A stretch of 64,000 nt of DNA from Anaerolineales bacterium (GTDB lineage Bacteria > Chloroflexota > Anaerolineae > Anaerolineales > UBA4823): the NCBI GenBank assembly GCA_046485135.1, contig JAWOHN010000118.1, positions 6,836-70,835 of the forward strand. Reading direction: 5' to 3'. Under the pieces are notes generated by a model. The model had not been told where the DNA came from. It worked only from the letters and a program-made list of their open reading frames with translations, and searched no databases. The translations under genes and the position numbers were made by a program. How positions within the stretch are numbered: the stretch's first letter is position 1; each line of letters starts with the position of its first letter. Positions 27,995-37,630 of the stretch are shown in pieces.

Positions 27995-28109
27995 GCTGGT
28001 TCTGCAAAGCAGTATCGCTGCAGACAATGCTGGAGAACCTGAAAAGAGCTGTCTTCCAAAGCAAGCCAATTGTCTGTTTAAGAGAAGGGTCATGTGTTCC
28101 TAGAAAGTT

Positions 28110-28125
28110 AGGGTCATATGACCCT
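28110..28125. promoter_or_regulatory. 16-bp perfect palindrome AGGGTCATATGACCCT (candidate operator) upstream of the DoxX-like gene
   Basis: Perfect dyad at 28110-28125, plus an extra AGGGTCAT half-site at 28086-28093. Confidence 0.4.
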
Positions 28126-28205
28126 TATGCATTCAGGCATCATTCTGTTATATTAATAACGTGCGAACAAAAAATTTAGCAGGTAATTTACCAAAGGAGT
28201 TAAAA

Positions 28206-28823
28206 ATGTCCAAGATTGTTACTCGTACAGGTCATGTCATTCAAGATCCGCCCCTCGTCCACAAGCTTCTAAATGATCCCCGTGCAAGTTGGTTGTGGTT
28301 TGTCTTGCGGGTGTGGTTGGGCTGGCAGTGGTTTAGCTCAGCCCAAGGCAAGCTAACCAATCCGGCGTGGACACAAACCGGCGAGGCCCTGAGGGGTTTC
28401 TGGACCAACGCGGTGATGGTACCAGAAAGTGGGCGGCCTCCAATTGCCTTTGATTGGTATCGCGGCTTCCTGCAGAGCATGTTGGATGCACAGGCCTACA
28501 CTTGGTTTGCCAAGCTGGTGGTGGCCGGCGAGCTTCTGGTTGGCATCGCCCTGATCCTGGGCGCCTTCACCGGCATTGCAGCCTTCTTCGGCGGCTTTAT
28601 GAACTGGAACTTCATGATGGCCGGTTCAGCCAGCACCAATCCGATGTTGTTCGTGATTGCGCTCGGCTTGATTATGGCCTGGAAAGTTGCTGGATATGTC
28701 GGCGCTGATTACTTCTTACTACGCTGGATCGGGACACCCTGGCAGCCTGGAAACGCTGACAGCGCTCCCAAAGGAAAGGTTTCCCCGAGATATCCAAACA
28801 CAGAACCAGCCCAGGGCGATTGA
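28206..28823 (+). CDS. DoxX/DoxD-like integral membrane protein
   Basis: Four predicted TM helices and a Trp-rich first helix (WLWFVLRVWLGWQWF). ATG 28206 has AAAGGAG upstream. Confidence 0.55.
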   Translation: MSKIVTRTGHVIQDPPLVHKLLNDPRASWLWFVLRVWLGWQWFSSAQGKLTNPAWTQTGEALRGFWTNAVMVPESGRPPIAFDWYRGFLQSMLDAQAYTWFAKLVVAGELLVGIALILGAFTGIAAFFGGFMNWNFMMAGSASTNPMLFVIALGLIMAWKVAGYVGADYFLLRWIGTPWQPGNADSAPKGKVSPRYPNTEPAQGD

Positions 28824-28846
28824 GCCACACTCTCTCGAAATTCTAA

Positions 28847-28896
28847 ACGAATAACATACAGAGCGGCGTGACAGCGCCGCTCTGTATGTTATTCGT
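28847..28896. terminator. Long perfect hairpin between convergent genes (bidirectional terminator)
   Basis: ACGAATAACATACAGAGCGGCG-loop-CGCCGCTCTGTATGTTATTCGT, a ~22-bp stem. It overlaps the last codons of the response-regulator gene. Confidence 0.7.
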
Positions 28897-29548
28897 TTCC
28901 CACCTTATCGAACAAATGATGTTCCACTGCATAAAGGGCTAGCTCGATCCGGTTGGACAAGTCTAACTTTTCAAGGATTGTGCTGACGTAATTTCTGACT
29001 GTCTTTTCACTCAGGTTTAAAATTTGTCCGATTTCTGCGTTGGTTTTGCCACGCGCCACTTCGGTAAGCACATCGAGCTCGCGATCCGAGAGCTGGTGAA
29101 AGGCATCTTCAACATTCTTTCTTTCAATCTCCCGCACCCGAGAGAGCAAACGGGCTGTAGTCGAGGGATCCAACAGAGCCTTACCCTGCGCTGCAGCAGT
29201 GATCGCCCGGAGTAATTCATCATTTCCAACTTGCTTGAGCACATAGCCAACCGCCCCGGCCTGGATGGCGCGCAGAACCAATTTATCGTCTGCAAATGAT
29301 GTGAGCATGACCACTTTGGTATCCGCAAAACGGTTCGATATTTCTCTGGCAGCTTCAATACCCCCCTCCCCCGGGATGCGAATATCCATCAGCACCACAT
29401 GCGGGTGGGTACGTTCGACCATCCGCAACGCTTCAGCTGCTGTGCCGGCCTCCCCAACGACCTCCATTTCAGGCTGGTCGTTGATCAGCGTCATCAAACC
29501 TAGACGGACTATCTCATGGTCATCCACCAATGCTACACGGATTTTCAT
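28889..29548 (-). CDS. NarL/LuxR-family response regulator
   Basis: Receiver (VALVDDHEIVR, VVLMDIRIPG) plus LuxR HTH (LSDRELDVLTEVARGKTNAEIGQILNLSEKTVRNYVSTIL). Its ATG shares one nt with the kinase stop (TAATG). Confidence 0.9.
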   Translation of the reverse strand: MKIRVALVDDHEIVRLGLMTLINDQPEMEVVGEAGTAAEALRMVERTHPHVVLMDIRIPGEGGIEAAREISNRFADTKVVMLTSFADDKLVLRAIQAGAVGYVLKQVGNDELLRAITAAAQGKALLDPSTTARLLSRVREIERKNVEDAFHQLSDRELDVLTEVARGKTNAEIGQILNLSEKTVRNYVSTILEKLDLSNRIELALYAVEHHLFDKVGNE

Positions 29549-30954
29549 TATCTCTTGTCCTTCCAGGGTATATCCAGGGTAACACGGGTACCCTTCCCAT
29601 TTGCTTGAGTGAACTCGATCTCCCCCCCTAGCATGCGTGCCCGATCGCGCATATTTCGCAATCCATAGCCGACGTCCACATCTTCAGCCATCCCAATCCC
29701 GTTATCTTCAACCGTCATCAAAAATCGGTTGTCTTGCTTGTGAACAGCGATCAGCACCTGACTGGCTTGTGCGTGGCGAACGACATTAGCCAGTGCTTCG
29801 TTAACCACTGAGAGCACATGCTCTGCTTGGACAGGCGACAGGACTTCATTCTCCGGTAAATCAATCTCCAGATCTATTTCAACCAGGGATCGAAAACGAG
29901 CATCTTCGGCAAGATTTCGCAACACAATTGGGAAAGGCGCGCTTTCAGGAGAGCTTTTCAATTCCCCCAGGCTGTGACGCAAATCAGTAATAGCATCGTT
30001 CAGCACAAGCTCAGCCTTTTCCAGACGACTGAACAGGGGATCGTCCGTCTCGCTGACATGCTTTCGAGCTGACTCAATCAGCAAACCAGCGGTGTAGACT
30101 TTCTGAATCGCACCATCGTGGATATCGCGGGCAATGCGGCTGCGTTCGGCCATCAGAATCTGCTGCTGCTCAATGGATTCAATCATCCGGGCAGTTTCTA
30201 CGTCGAACACTTCCAGGGCGCGGATGATGGCAATAACCAATCCCAGCCCGATCAAAGACCGAAATACAGGTACTGGAACAAAAAAGGCCTGCTCAAAATT
30301 CATCGTGTTGATGATATTACCCGGGAAGAACGGCACCGGCGGCGGAATCAATCCACCAAAGAGAGCATAGAACGCGAGCATCATTCCCGCAAAACGCAGC
30401 ATCTTTACAATATGAGGAACCCGCAATGGGACGATGCGGTACAGGGTATGCTTTCTGAGACCGTAAGCAGCCAGCAGCCCCCCAGGAAAACCGATAAAAT
30501 AGCGGGCCAGTGCATTGGCCGTATTATGCCAGGTGTGGAAATCGGGCAACAGCTCCGGTAAAGGAAAATAAACCAAAAAAAACCAAACTCCCAGCAGGAG
30601 AGCAGGAATTCGATGGACCCAGCGCGCCAGCCCAAGTGGCTTTAGCAGCGTCACCCCAAACTCAAACAGAAAGGCGTAAGAAACCGCCAGAAGCAGCAGG
30701 TGAATGCGATGCAGCCAAAGGATGGTATCTGGATTGGCGTAATTTTCCTGGATGGGAATAAACAGATCACCCCATTCGTTGAATGCATGGACGAATCCGA
30801 AAGCTGCCAGCCATTGCAAGCAGCGCGCCAAATCCAGGCGAGAATAATTCCTCGACTGAAGCGCAATCGCCAGACCTAATACAAAAAAGACCAGTCCGTA
30901 GGCAAAGTAAATGATGTCGCGGTTGAGCGAAAAAAATAGGCGCACAAGATCCAT
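29548..30954 (-). CDS. Membrane sensor histidine kinase (HisKA_3 / NarX-DesK type)
   Basis: 468 aa. Multi-TM N-terminal half, ARDIHDGAIQKV H-box, NALANVVRHAQAS, VEDNGIGM. Confidence 0.85.
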   Translation of the reverse strand: MDLVRLFFSLNRDIIYFAYGLVFFVLGLAIALQSRNYSRLDLARCLQWLAAFGFVHAFNEWGDLFIPIQENYANPDTILWLHRIHLLLLAVSYAFLFEFGVTLLKPLGLARWVHRIPALLLGVWFFLVYFPLPELLPDFHTWHNTANALARYFIGFPGGLLAAYGLRKHTLYRIVPLRVPHIVKMLRFAGMMLAFYALFGGLIPPPVPFFPGNIINTMNFEQAFFVPVPVFRSLIGLGLVIAIIRALEVFDVETARMIESIEQQQILMAERSRIARDIHDGAIQKVYTAGLLIESARKHVSETDDPLFSRLEKAELVLNDAITDLRHSLGELKSSPESAPFPIVLRNLAEDARFRSLVEIDLEIDLPENEVLSPVQAEHVLSVVNEALANVVRHAQASQVLIAVHKQDNRFLMTVEDNGIGMAEDVDVGYGLRNMRDRARMLGGEIEFTQANGKGTRVTLDIPWKDKR

Positions 30955-31021
30955 TCAGGACAATTTTACCTTAAAGAGTCTTATTTGATCCCGGATCCGG
31001 TGCTTGCGAGTAGCTTGCCAC

Positions 31022-31237
31022 TTATTTAGATAAGTATCTAAATGAGATCTGGCCTTTGGCGCAGCCGGATACGACTCTGCATTTGCAGATAAACAAAGAT
31101 GATGTAATACGTGAAATTGCTGGCAGATAGATCAATTCGTCCAAACCGACATGACTGCTCTCATTAATGGTTAATGCGAGAATGGCAGCCAACAGGAATA
31201 GCAGCAGCGTAAAAGTGGTGGCAAGTTTTTGAGCCAT
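31022..31237 (-). CDS. Small secreted/membrane-anchored protein with a Cys-containing tail, function unknown
   Basis: 71 aa from ATG 31237, with GGAGG 6 nt upstream. N-terminal hydrophobic helix; C-terminal CKCRVVSGC. Confidence 0.4.
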   Translation of the reverse strand: MAQKLATTFTLLLFLLAAILALTINESSHVGLDELIYLPAISRITSSLFICKCRVVSGCAKGQISFRYLSK

Positions 31238-31457
31238 GATAGCCTCCCAAGATCGTGCATTCCAGCAAAGGACCATTAAACAGTTTTTTTTAATTGAGGA
31301 TGACCTCAATGATCTGTTTTCCTGTGTTTAAGACGGTCTGTTTATCAAAATGGTTCCTATATCTGAACAGTAACAATTTGAGTTAGAATTGCAGCACAAG
31401 CGATATATGCTTCACTAACACTGCCAATCATTATGAATAACTAAGAGGGACACTGCT

Positions 31458-33140
31458 ATGCAATTCGACCACTATTTCACCAACCAGGAAATCGAATCTA
31501 CATTAAAAGCATGGGCTGATACCTATCCAAAGTTAGCTACACTGGCATCAATTGGTAATAGCTATGAGGGCAATCCAATTTGGATGTTGACAATCACGAA
31601 CCTTGAAACAGGTGCGGATATTGAGAAGCCAGCTTTATGGATCGATGGCAATATCCATGCCACTGAGATTGCAGCGGCAACCACCAGCTTATATATCGCG
31701 CATAGCCTTTTGTCCGGTTATGGTATAGATGGCCGGATTACGCGCCTATTAGATACCAGCGCGTTTTACATCATCCCCCGTGTCAATCCAGATGGTGCAG
31801 CTCTGGCAATGAGCTTGACGCCGCGCTATCTGCGATCGGGTGTGCGTCCTTACCCTTGGGATGAAAAAGATGAAGGACTTCACCCTCAGGACATCGACGG
31901 AGATGGGCGCATTCTCCAAATGCGCATCCAAGATCCCACCGGCGATTGGAAAATCAGCTCGCTCGATACGCGATTGATGGAGAAACGCAGGCCAGATGAA
32001 CATGGTGGTGGATATTACCGCATGTTGAGCGAAGGTTTAGTAGAGGACTATGATGGCTATCTCATCAAAGAAGCCCTCCCCATAGAAGGCTTGGACTTCA
32101 ACCGCAACTTTCCCTTCGAATGGCGCCCAGAAGGCGACCAAAGCGGCGCCGGACCATATCCGACATCTGAACCGGAAATCAAGGCGCTGGTGGATTTCAT
32201 AGCCGCTCACCCGAATATCAACGCGGCCATCACCTACCATACTTTTAGTGGAGTAATGCTGCGTCCCTACAGTACAAAATCTGACGACGATATGGAAACA
32301 GAAGACCTGTGGGTCTTCAAAAAGATCGGCGAGATGGCTAAGGAAAGCAGCGGCTATGCCTGTGTTTCAACTTACCATGATTTCAAATATCATCCAAAGG
32401 AAGTGACCAGTGGCGCTTTTGACGATTGGATTTACGACCAGCTCGGCGCTTACTCCTTTACCATCGAACTGTGGGATCTGCCCACCAGAGCCGGAATTGA
32501 AAACCGCAAACTGATCGAATGGTTTCGGACTCACCCTCATGAAGATGATTTAAAAATACTGAAATGGGTGGAAGAACATGCAGAAAAGGACGCCTACGTG
32601 AACTGGTATCCCTTCGACCACCCTCAATTAGGTCAGGTAGAATTGGGCGGCTACAACCAAATGTATACCTGGACCAATCCACCACCTGCATATATGGGCG
32701 ACGAGGCAGCCCGAAACCTGCCAATTGTGCTATCCATCGGAGATATGTTACCTCGCCTAACTCTGCACACTTTGAAGGTTGCTCACCTTGGTGCAGACAG
32801 CTATCATATCAATCTAGTAGTAGAAAACAGTGGTTTCTTACCCACCTATACCAGTGTGCAGGGCAAAAACCGCAAAGCCGTTCGACCGGTGCGAGTCGAA
32901 ATTGAGCTGCCCCAAAACGCAATTCTTGCCAGTGGAAAAAGGCGAGTCGAAATTGGGCACCTGGAAGGCCGTAGTAATAAAATGAGTATTAACATCTATT
33001 CCTCTAGCCCCACCGATAACCGCGCCCGAGCCGAATGGACCGTGAAAGCTGCCCCAGGCACTGAAATTGGTCTCAAAGTAACTAGCGAACGAGCCGGAAC
33101 AATTCAGTACAAAGTGCAACTTGAATTACCCAAAAAGTAA
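31458..33140 (+). CDS. M14-family zinc carboxypeptidase
   Basis: 560 aa. WIDGNIHATE (HxxE zinc motif) and downstream M14-like core. Confidence 0.75.
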   Translation: MQFDHYFTNQEIESTLKAWADTYPKLATLASIGNSYEGNPIWMLTITNLETGADIEKPALWIDGNIHATEIAAATTSLYIAHSLLSGYGIDGRITRLLDTSAFYIIPRVNPDGAALAMSLTPRYLRSGVRPYPWDEKDEGLHPQDIDGDGRILQMRIQDPTGDWKISSLDTRLMEKRRPDEHGGGYYRMLSEGLVEDYDGYLIKEALPIEGLDFNRNFPFEWRPEGDQSGAGPYPTSEPEIKALVDFIAAHPNINAAITYHTFSGVMLRPYSTKSDDDMETEDLWVFKKIGEMAKESSGYACVSTYHDFKYHPKEVTSGAFDDWIYDQLGAYSFTIELWDLPTRAGIENRKLIEWFRTHPHEDDLKILKWVEEHAEKDAYVNWYPFDHPQLGQVELGGYNQMYTWTNPPPAYMGDEAARNLPIVLSIGDMLPRLTLHTLKVAHLGADSYHINLVVENSGFLPTYTSVQGKNRKAVRPVRVEIELPQNAILASGKRRVEIGHLEGRSNKMSINIYSSSPTDNRARAEWTVKAAPGTEIGLKVTSERAGTIQYKVQLELPKK

Positions 33141-33243
33141 TCTGTCAGCCTGTGCAAGTAATAACCAAATTGAGCGTCCACAAATGTGTACGGCTGTTGT
33201 TGGCGCATTTCTATGAAATTTAACCATCCAGGAGTATTCGACC

Positions 33244-34437
33244 ATGCCCACCATCATTCAAGAAAAAGTCGCCCAGGCGATTGGAATTTTGCAGGAGAAA
33301 GGAATCGATGTTTGGATGACTTTCGTCAGAGAAACCACCGCTGGCGGAGATCCGGTATTGCCCTTGATCTATGGGCACGACTTGACCTGGCATTCAGCGC
33401 TCATTTTATCCCGCCATGGACGCAGCGTTGTGGTGCTCGGGGACCTGGAGGCCGAAGCAGCCCGGCGCACCGGGGCATACAACACCATCCTGCCTTACCA
33501 CCAATCCATTCGGGAAGAACTGTTGAGCATCCTGAAAGAATTGGATCCACAGCAGATAGCGATTAATTACTCGGTCAACGATGTCCATGCCGATGGCTTA
33601 AGCTATGGGATGTACCAGGTGCTGAAGGGATATTTAGAAGGGACTCCGTACCTGGACAAACTGGTATCGGCCGAATCAATCATCAGCGCCTTGCGCGGGC
33701 GAAAAACATCTGAAGAAGTGCGCCGGATCAAGCAAGCTGTTGAAACCACCCGCCAGATCTACCAGAACACTTTCAAATATGCTCAGGTTGGAATGAGCGA
33801 ACAGGCGATCAGCAGCTTCATGCACAAGCAAGTATTGGAATTTGGTGTAGAAGAGGCCTGGGATTATCAAAACTGCCCGGCTGTTAATGCAGGACCGGAG
33901 GCCATTATCGGTCACGTCGGACCAACCCAGCGCATAATTGAGGCGGGGCATATTTTGCACATGGATTTCGGTGTCCGCCAGGAAGGGTATTGCTCTGACA
34001 TTCAACGGGTATTGTATTTTCTGAGACCTGGCGAAACATCCCCGCCCGAGCCAGTCCAACGCGGCTTTGACACGGTTGTACAAGCTATTCAGCAAGCTGC
34101 CGCAGCCATGAAACCAGGAATGAAGGGTAAAGAAATCGATGCCATCGCCAGGGGAGTCATCACCCAGGCAGGCTATCCGGAATACATGTATGGTACCGGT
34201 CATCACCTGGGACGGACCGTCCATGATGGCGCTGGCATGCTCGGGCCGGAATGGGAGCGCTATGGGGGCACACCTAACTTTCCCCTTGAAGCCGGACATG
34301 TATACACCATAGAGCCTGGCCTGAAAGTTGAAGGGTATGGTTACATTGGTCTGGAGGAGGATGTGTTGGTCACGGAAGATGGAGTTGAATTCCTCGGACA
34401 GCCACAGATCGAGTTGATCGTAAAGGGATCAAAATGA
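33244..34437 (+). CDS. M24-family Xaa-Pro peptidase
   Basis: 397 aa. Pita-bread motifs HMDFGV, HHLGRTVHD, GHVYTIEPG, IGLEEDVLVTEDG. Confidence 0.8.
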   Translation: MPTIIQEKVAQAIGILQEKGIDVWMTFVRETTAGGDPVLPLIYGHDLTWHSALILSRHGRSVVVLGDLEAEAARRTGAYNTILPYHQSIREELLSILKELDPQQIAINYSVNDVHADGLSYGMYQVLKGYLEGTPYLDKLVSAESIISALRGRKTSEEVRRIKQAVETTRQIYQNTFKYAQVGMSEQAISSFMHKQVLEFGVEEAWDYQNCPAVNAGPEAIIGHVGPTQRIIEAGHILHMDFGVRQEGYCSDIQRVLYFLRPGETSPPEPVQRGFDTVVQAIQQAAAAMKPGMKGKEIDAIARGVITQAGYPEYMYGTGHHLGRTVHDGAGMLGPEWERYGGTPNFPLEAGHVYTIEPGLKVEGYGYIGLEEDVLVTEDGVEFLGQPQIELIVKGSK

Positions 34438-34904
34438 AAATAAATCAGTCTAGTTTGGGCAGTCAAAAGAAAATTGCCCTGATCGCCCATGACGCTCGCA
34501 AACAAGATTTGCTGGAATGGGTGAAATACAACCGAGATTCACTTAGCAAGCATATTTTATTTGGCACAGGCGGAACGGGCACGCTCATCGCCAAAGAGAC
34601 GCAGCTTCCGGTCACTCGCTTTAAAAGTGGGCCGCTGGGCGGAGACCAACAGATTGGGGCAAAGATATCCGAGCGGGAGATCGACTTCCTGATTTTCTTC
34701 TGGGACCCGCTTGAAGCTCAGCCGCACGATCCGGATGTCAAAGCCCTACTGCGACTGGCAGTTTTGTACAATATTCCCACAGCCTCTAACCGTGTCACGG
34801 CAGATTTCCTGATTACTTCACCCTATATGGCGGAACCGTATACAGGGGAATACATGGACTATACAGACAACTTTCCCCGCCCACTTCGAGGTGATGAACG
34901 CTGA
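34434..34904 (+). CDS. mgsA: Methylglyoxal synthase
   Basis: 156 aa. IALIAHDARKQDL, GTGGTG, HDPDVKALLRL. ATGA overlap with the preceding gene. Confidence 0.85.
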   Translation: MKINQSSLGSQKKIALIAHDARKQDLLEWVKYNRDSLSKHILFGTGGTGTLIAKETQLPVTRFKSGPLGGDQQIGAKISEREIDFLIFFWDPLEAQPHDPDVKALLRLAVLYNIPTASNRVTADFLITSPYMAEPYTGEYMDYTDNFPRPLRGDER

Positions 34905-34912
34905 GATTTCGG

Positions 34913-35854
34913 TTAATCCCCTTGATTAGCAGCCGTCGCCAGACCGAAAATCAATAGCTGCACTGGATCGAGGAGCACAAACTCCCCACTGATACGCCAG
35001 AGGTTGTACTTTTCCATCTCTTCAATCTGGGCATACGGGTCGTAGAAACGCATGCCAGAGAAATCATACCCAGCTGGTCCGTAGCGAGCCTCAAAATGCA
35101 GGTGGGGCGCACTGGACCAGTGTTCAGGGGTATTCCCAACTGCTCCCAGGGTCTGCCCGCAGGTCACTTCCTGCCCAAAGGCCGGCAATGGTGTTTCTTG
35201 CATATGGGCATACAACAGGTACAGCAATTGTTGGTCAGGAATGCCCAAAAACTCGATCAGTGATCTGGGCAACTGCTCGTATCGCGTCTCGACGATAACC
35301 ATGTTGCCGTAAGGGATCAAGTTATTGTTGTTAGCAGCCACACGGCCCGCCAAAACAGATTGGATCGGGACTCCTTGAATAGACAGCCTCTCTCCGCGCC
35401 GGTAGTAGGCAAAATCCACTCCATGGTGTCCGGTATCTTTGCCCACAGGAGGGGGATCAAAGGGAAAAGAGACAATTTCTTGAAGATCAGCCAGGCTGTG
35501 ATCTTCGAGAGGGGAACACATGCTTGAAGTCGAGAACATCTCCAGCAAAGGGGTGGGGCTTGGAGTTGGGGTAAAATATACAGGCACTGGGCCCATTTGG
35601 GTAGGTGTGGGTAAAATCGTCGCTGCCATGGTTGATACAGCTTGAGAGCCAGCTTCGATATCCGTGCTTATCCGTGCAGTCGGTTGTCTTAGGATTTCAA
35701 TGGGTATAGGGTTATCCTGACCTGGAGGCGGTTGCAAAGTGTTGTTTTCCTGGCAACCCGTCAACCCAAGCAGCAGCCAGAAACCTAACCCTATGTATAG
35801 AAAATGTTTGATATTATCACCAACTTTCGGCCAAATCATGGACATTATTACCAT
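34913..35854 (-). CDS. M23-family metallopeptidase lipoprotein
   Basis: 313 aa. Lipobox LLGLTGC; GHHGVDF and APHLHFE zinc motifs. Confidence 0.8.
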   Translation of the reverse strand: MVIMSMIWPKVGDNIKHFLYIGLGFWLLLGLTGCQENNTLQPPPGQDNPIPIEILRQPTARISTDIEAGSQAVSTMAATILPTPTQMGPVPVYFTPTPSPTPLLEMFSTSSMCSPLEDHSLADLQEIVSFPFDPPPVGKDTGHHGVDFAYYRRGERLSIQGVPIQSVLAGRVAANNNNLIPYGNMVIVETRYEQLPRSLIEFLGIPDQQLLYLLYAHMQETPLPAFGQEVTCGQTLGAVGNTPEHWSSAPHLHFEARYGPAGYDFSGMRFYDPYAQIEEMEKYNLWRISGEFVLLDPVQLLIFGLATAANQGD

Positions 35855-35947
35855 TGTTCAGGACTCGGGATACTCTCCTTCGCTGCCTATATCCCCGAAA
35901 TTATACCCTGAGGTCCATGCACACAGATCAATAAGCACATATTAACC

Positions 35948-36358
35948 ATGCGCATTCTTGCAGTTGATCCAGGTGAAAAACGAATCGGCATTGCCATAAG
36001 CGATCCAACCGGCACAATTGCCAATCCCCTGACTGTCCTGAAACATGTAGCGCGGCCTGTAGATGCGGCTGCAATTGCACAGCTTGCACAAGAGCATGGA
36101 GTCGAATTGATCATTGTTGGTCAAAATCTGGATGCAGAAGGAGAGCCCACGGTGCAGAGCCGCATGGCGGGGCGATTGGCAGAAGCCATTCGCGCCCAAA
36201 TCTCGGTGCCAGTTGAGATGTGGGACGAGAGCGGCAGCACAAAGGCCGCCAGAGCAGCTCGCATCGCTATGGGCGTTCGCAAGAACAAACGACGCGGTCA
36301 TATGGATGATCTGGCAGCTACCGTTATCTTGCAGTCCTACTTGGATGCAAATCTATGA
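35948..36358 (+). CDS. ruvX: Holliday-junction resolvase-like / pre-16S rRNA nuclease RuvX (YqgF)
   Basis: 136 aa. ILAVDPGEKRIGIAISD. Confidence 0.85.
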   Translation: MRILAVDPGEKRIGIAISDPTGTIANPLTVLKHVARPVDAAAIAQLAQEHGVELIIVGQNLDAEGEPTVQSRMAGRLAEAIRAQISVPVEMWDESGSTKAARAARIAMGVRKNKRRGHMDDLAATVILQSYLDANL

Positions 36359-37497
36359 AAAAAAACCGCTCCTCTTGCTTAGGCGTCTCTATCATCGGAC
36401 TGGTCCTTTTATTTATCAGCGGATCTATCTTTTTAGGAGCTATCTTGCTGGCAGTTCCGCGCAGAGCAGAGCAAGTGTACGGTTCTGCCTCCCCCACTTT
36501 AAACAGCATAGAGCGCTTCAGTTACGCCCTTATCCTGCTGGTTCAAGAGGATGATCTTGTACGCCCGGTGGATCCTTTTGGCGCAGAGAGAAGTTTTAAT
36601 GTCGAAATTGGAGAAAGCACTCCATCAGTTATCGGGCGCTTATGGGAACAAGGTCTGATCTCGAACCCAGGCGCTTTCCGTACCTACTTGCGCTACAGCG
36701 GCCTGGACACCACCCTGCAAGCGGGAGTTTACACGCTAAATCCCAGCATGAGCCCCATTCAGCTAGCCCAGGTATTACAAGATGCCACGCCTGCTGAGGT
36801 GAGCTTTCGCATCTTGCCGGGTTGGCGTATGGAGGAAATCGCTGCAGCATTGCCAACCTCTGGCCTGAGCATAACCCCAGAAGCATTTCTACAGGCTGCC
36901 CGGTCCATCCCACAAGGTTACTCATTTTCAGATGAGTTGGTCTCATCTGGCTCTGCAGAAGGATTCTTACTCCCAGATACCTACATATTTGAGCGCGAAA
37001 TCTCATCCCAGGAATTTATTCTCCAAATTTTGGATAACTTTGAGGAAAACGTCCCTGACCGGCTGCGAGAACGCTTTTCTCAGCAGAATTTGTCCTTGCT
37101 CGAGGCGGTGACCCTGGCCTCGATCGTCCAAAGAGAGGCAATAGCAGAAGATGAGATGCCGCTCATTGCCTCGGTTTTCTATAACCGTCTGGCTATCGGG
37201 ATGAAGCTGGATACCGACCCAACCGTGCAATATGCACTGGGTTATAACACCGTCCAAAACACCTGGTGGACCAACCCGCTCAGCCTGGCAGACCTCCAAG
37301 TGGACTCGCCCTATAACACGTATCTATACGCGGGATTGCCGCCCGGCCCAATTGCAAATCCAAATCTGGAAGCGCTCAGGGCAGTGGCTTACCCGGCGAA
37401 AACCCCTTATTACTATTTCCGCGCAGGCTGCGATGAAAGCGGGCGGCACTCATTTGCGGAAACATATGCAGAACATCTGCTTAACGCCTGTCCATAA
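36355..37497 (+). CDS. mltG: Endolytic murein transglycosylase MltG (YceG)
   Basis: 380 aa. N-terminal TM, ASIVQREA, SPYNTYLYAGLPPGPIANP. ATGA overlap with ruvX. Confidence 0.85.
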   Translation: MKKNRSSCLGVSIIGLVLLFISGSIFLGAILLAVPRRAEQVYGSASPTLNSIERFSYALILLVQEDDLVRPVDPFGAERSFNVEIGESTPSVIGRLWEQGLISNPGAFRTYLRYSGLDTTLQAGVYTLNPSMSPIQLAQVLQDATPAEVSFRILPGWRMEEIAAALPTSGLSITPEAFLQAARSIPQGYSFSDELVSSGSAEGFLLPDTYIFEREISSQEFILQILDNFEENVPDRLRERFSQQNLSLLEAVTLASIVQREAIAEDEMPLIASVFYNRLAIGMKLDTDPTVQYALGYNTVQNTWWTNPLSLADLQVDSPYNTYLYAGLPPGPIANPNLEALRAVAYPAKTPYYYFRAGCDESGRHSFAETYAEHLLNACP

Positions 37498-37630
37498 TTG
37501 CATAGATCTCAAGTTCGGGGGCAAAGGGAATCATTTACCCAAACAGAACCGGGCAGTTTATAAAAATACTCGCCTGCAAGACTGAACAATAACGGTGCAG
37601 ATAAGATTGAAAGCTTAAGGAGAATTTCGG

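Noticed and set aside
33676-34299. 207-aa minus-strand ORF.
   Set aside because: It is a shadow ORF antisense to the M24 peptidase gene.
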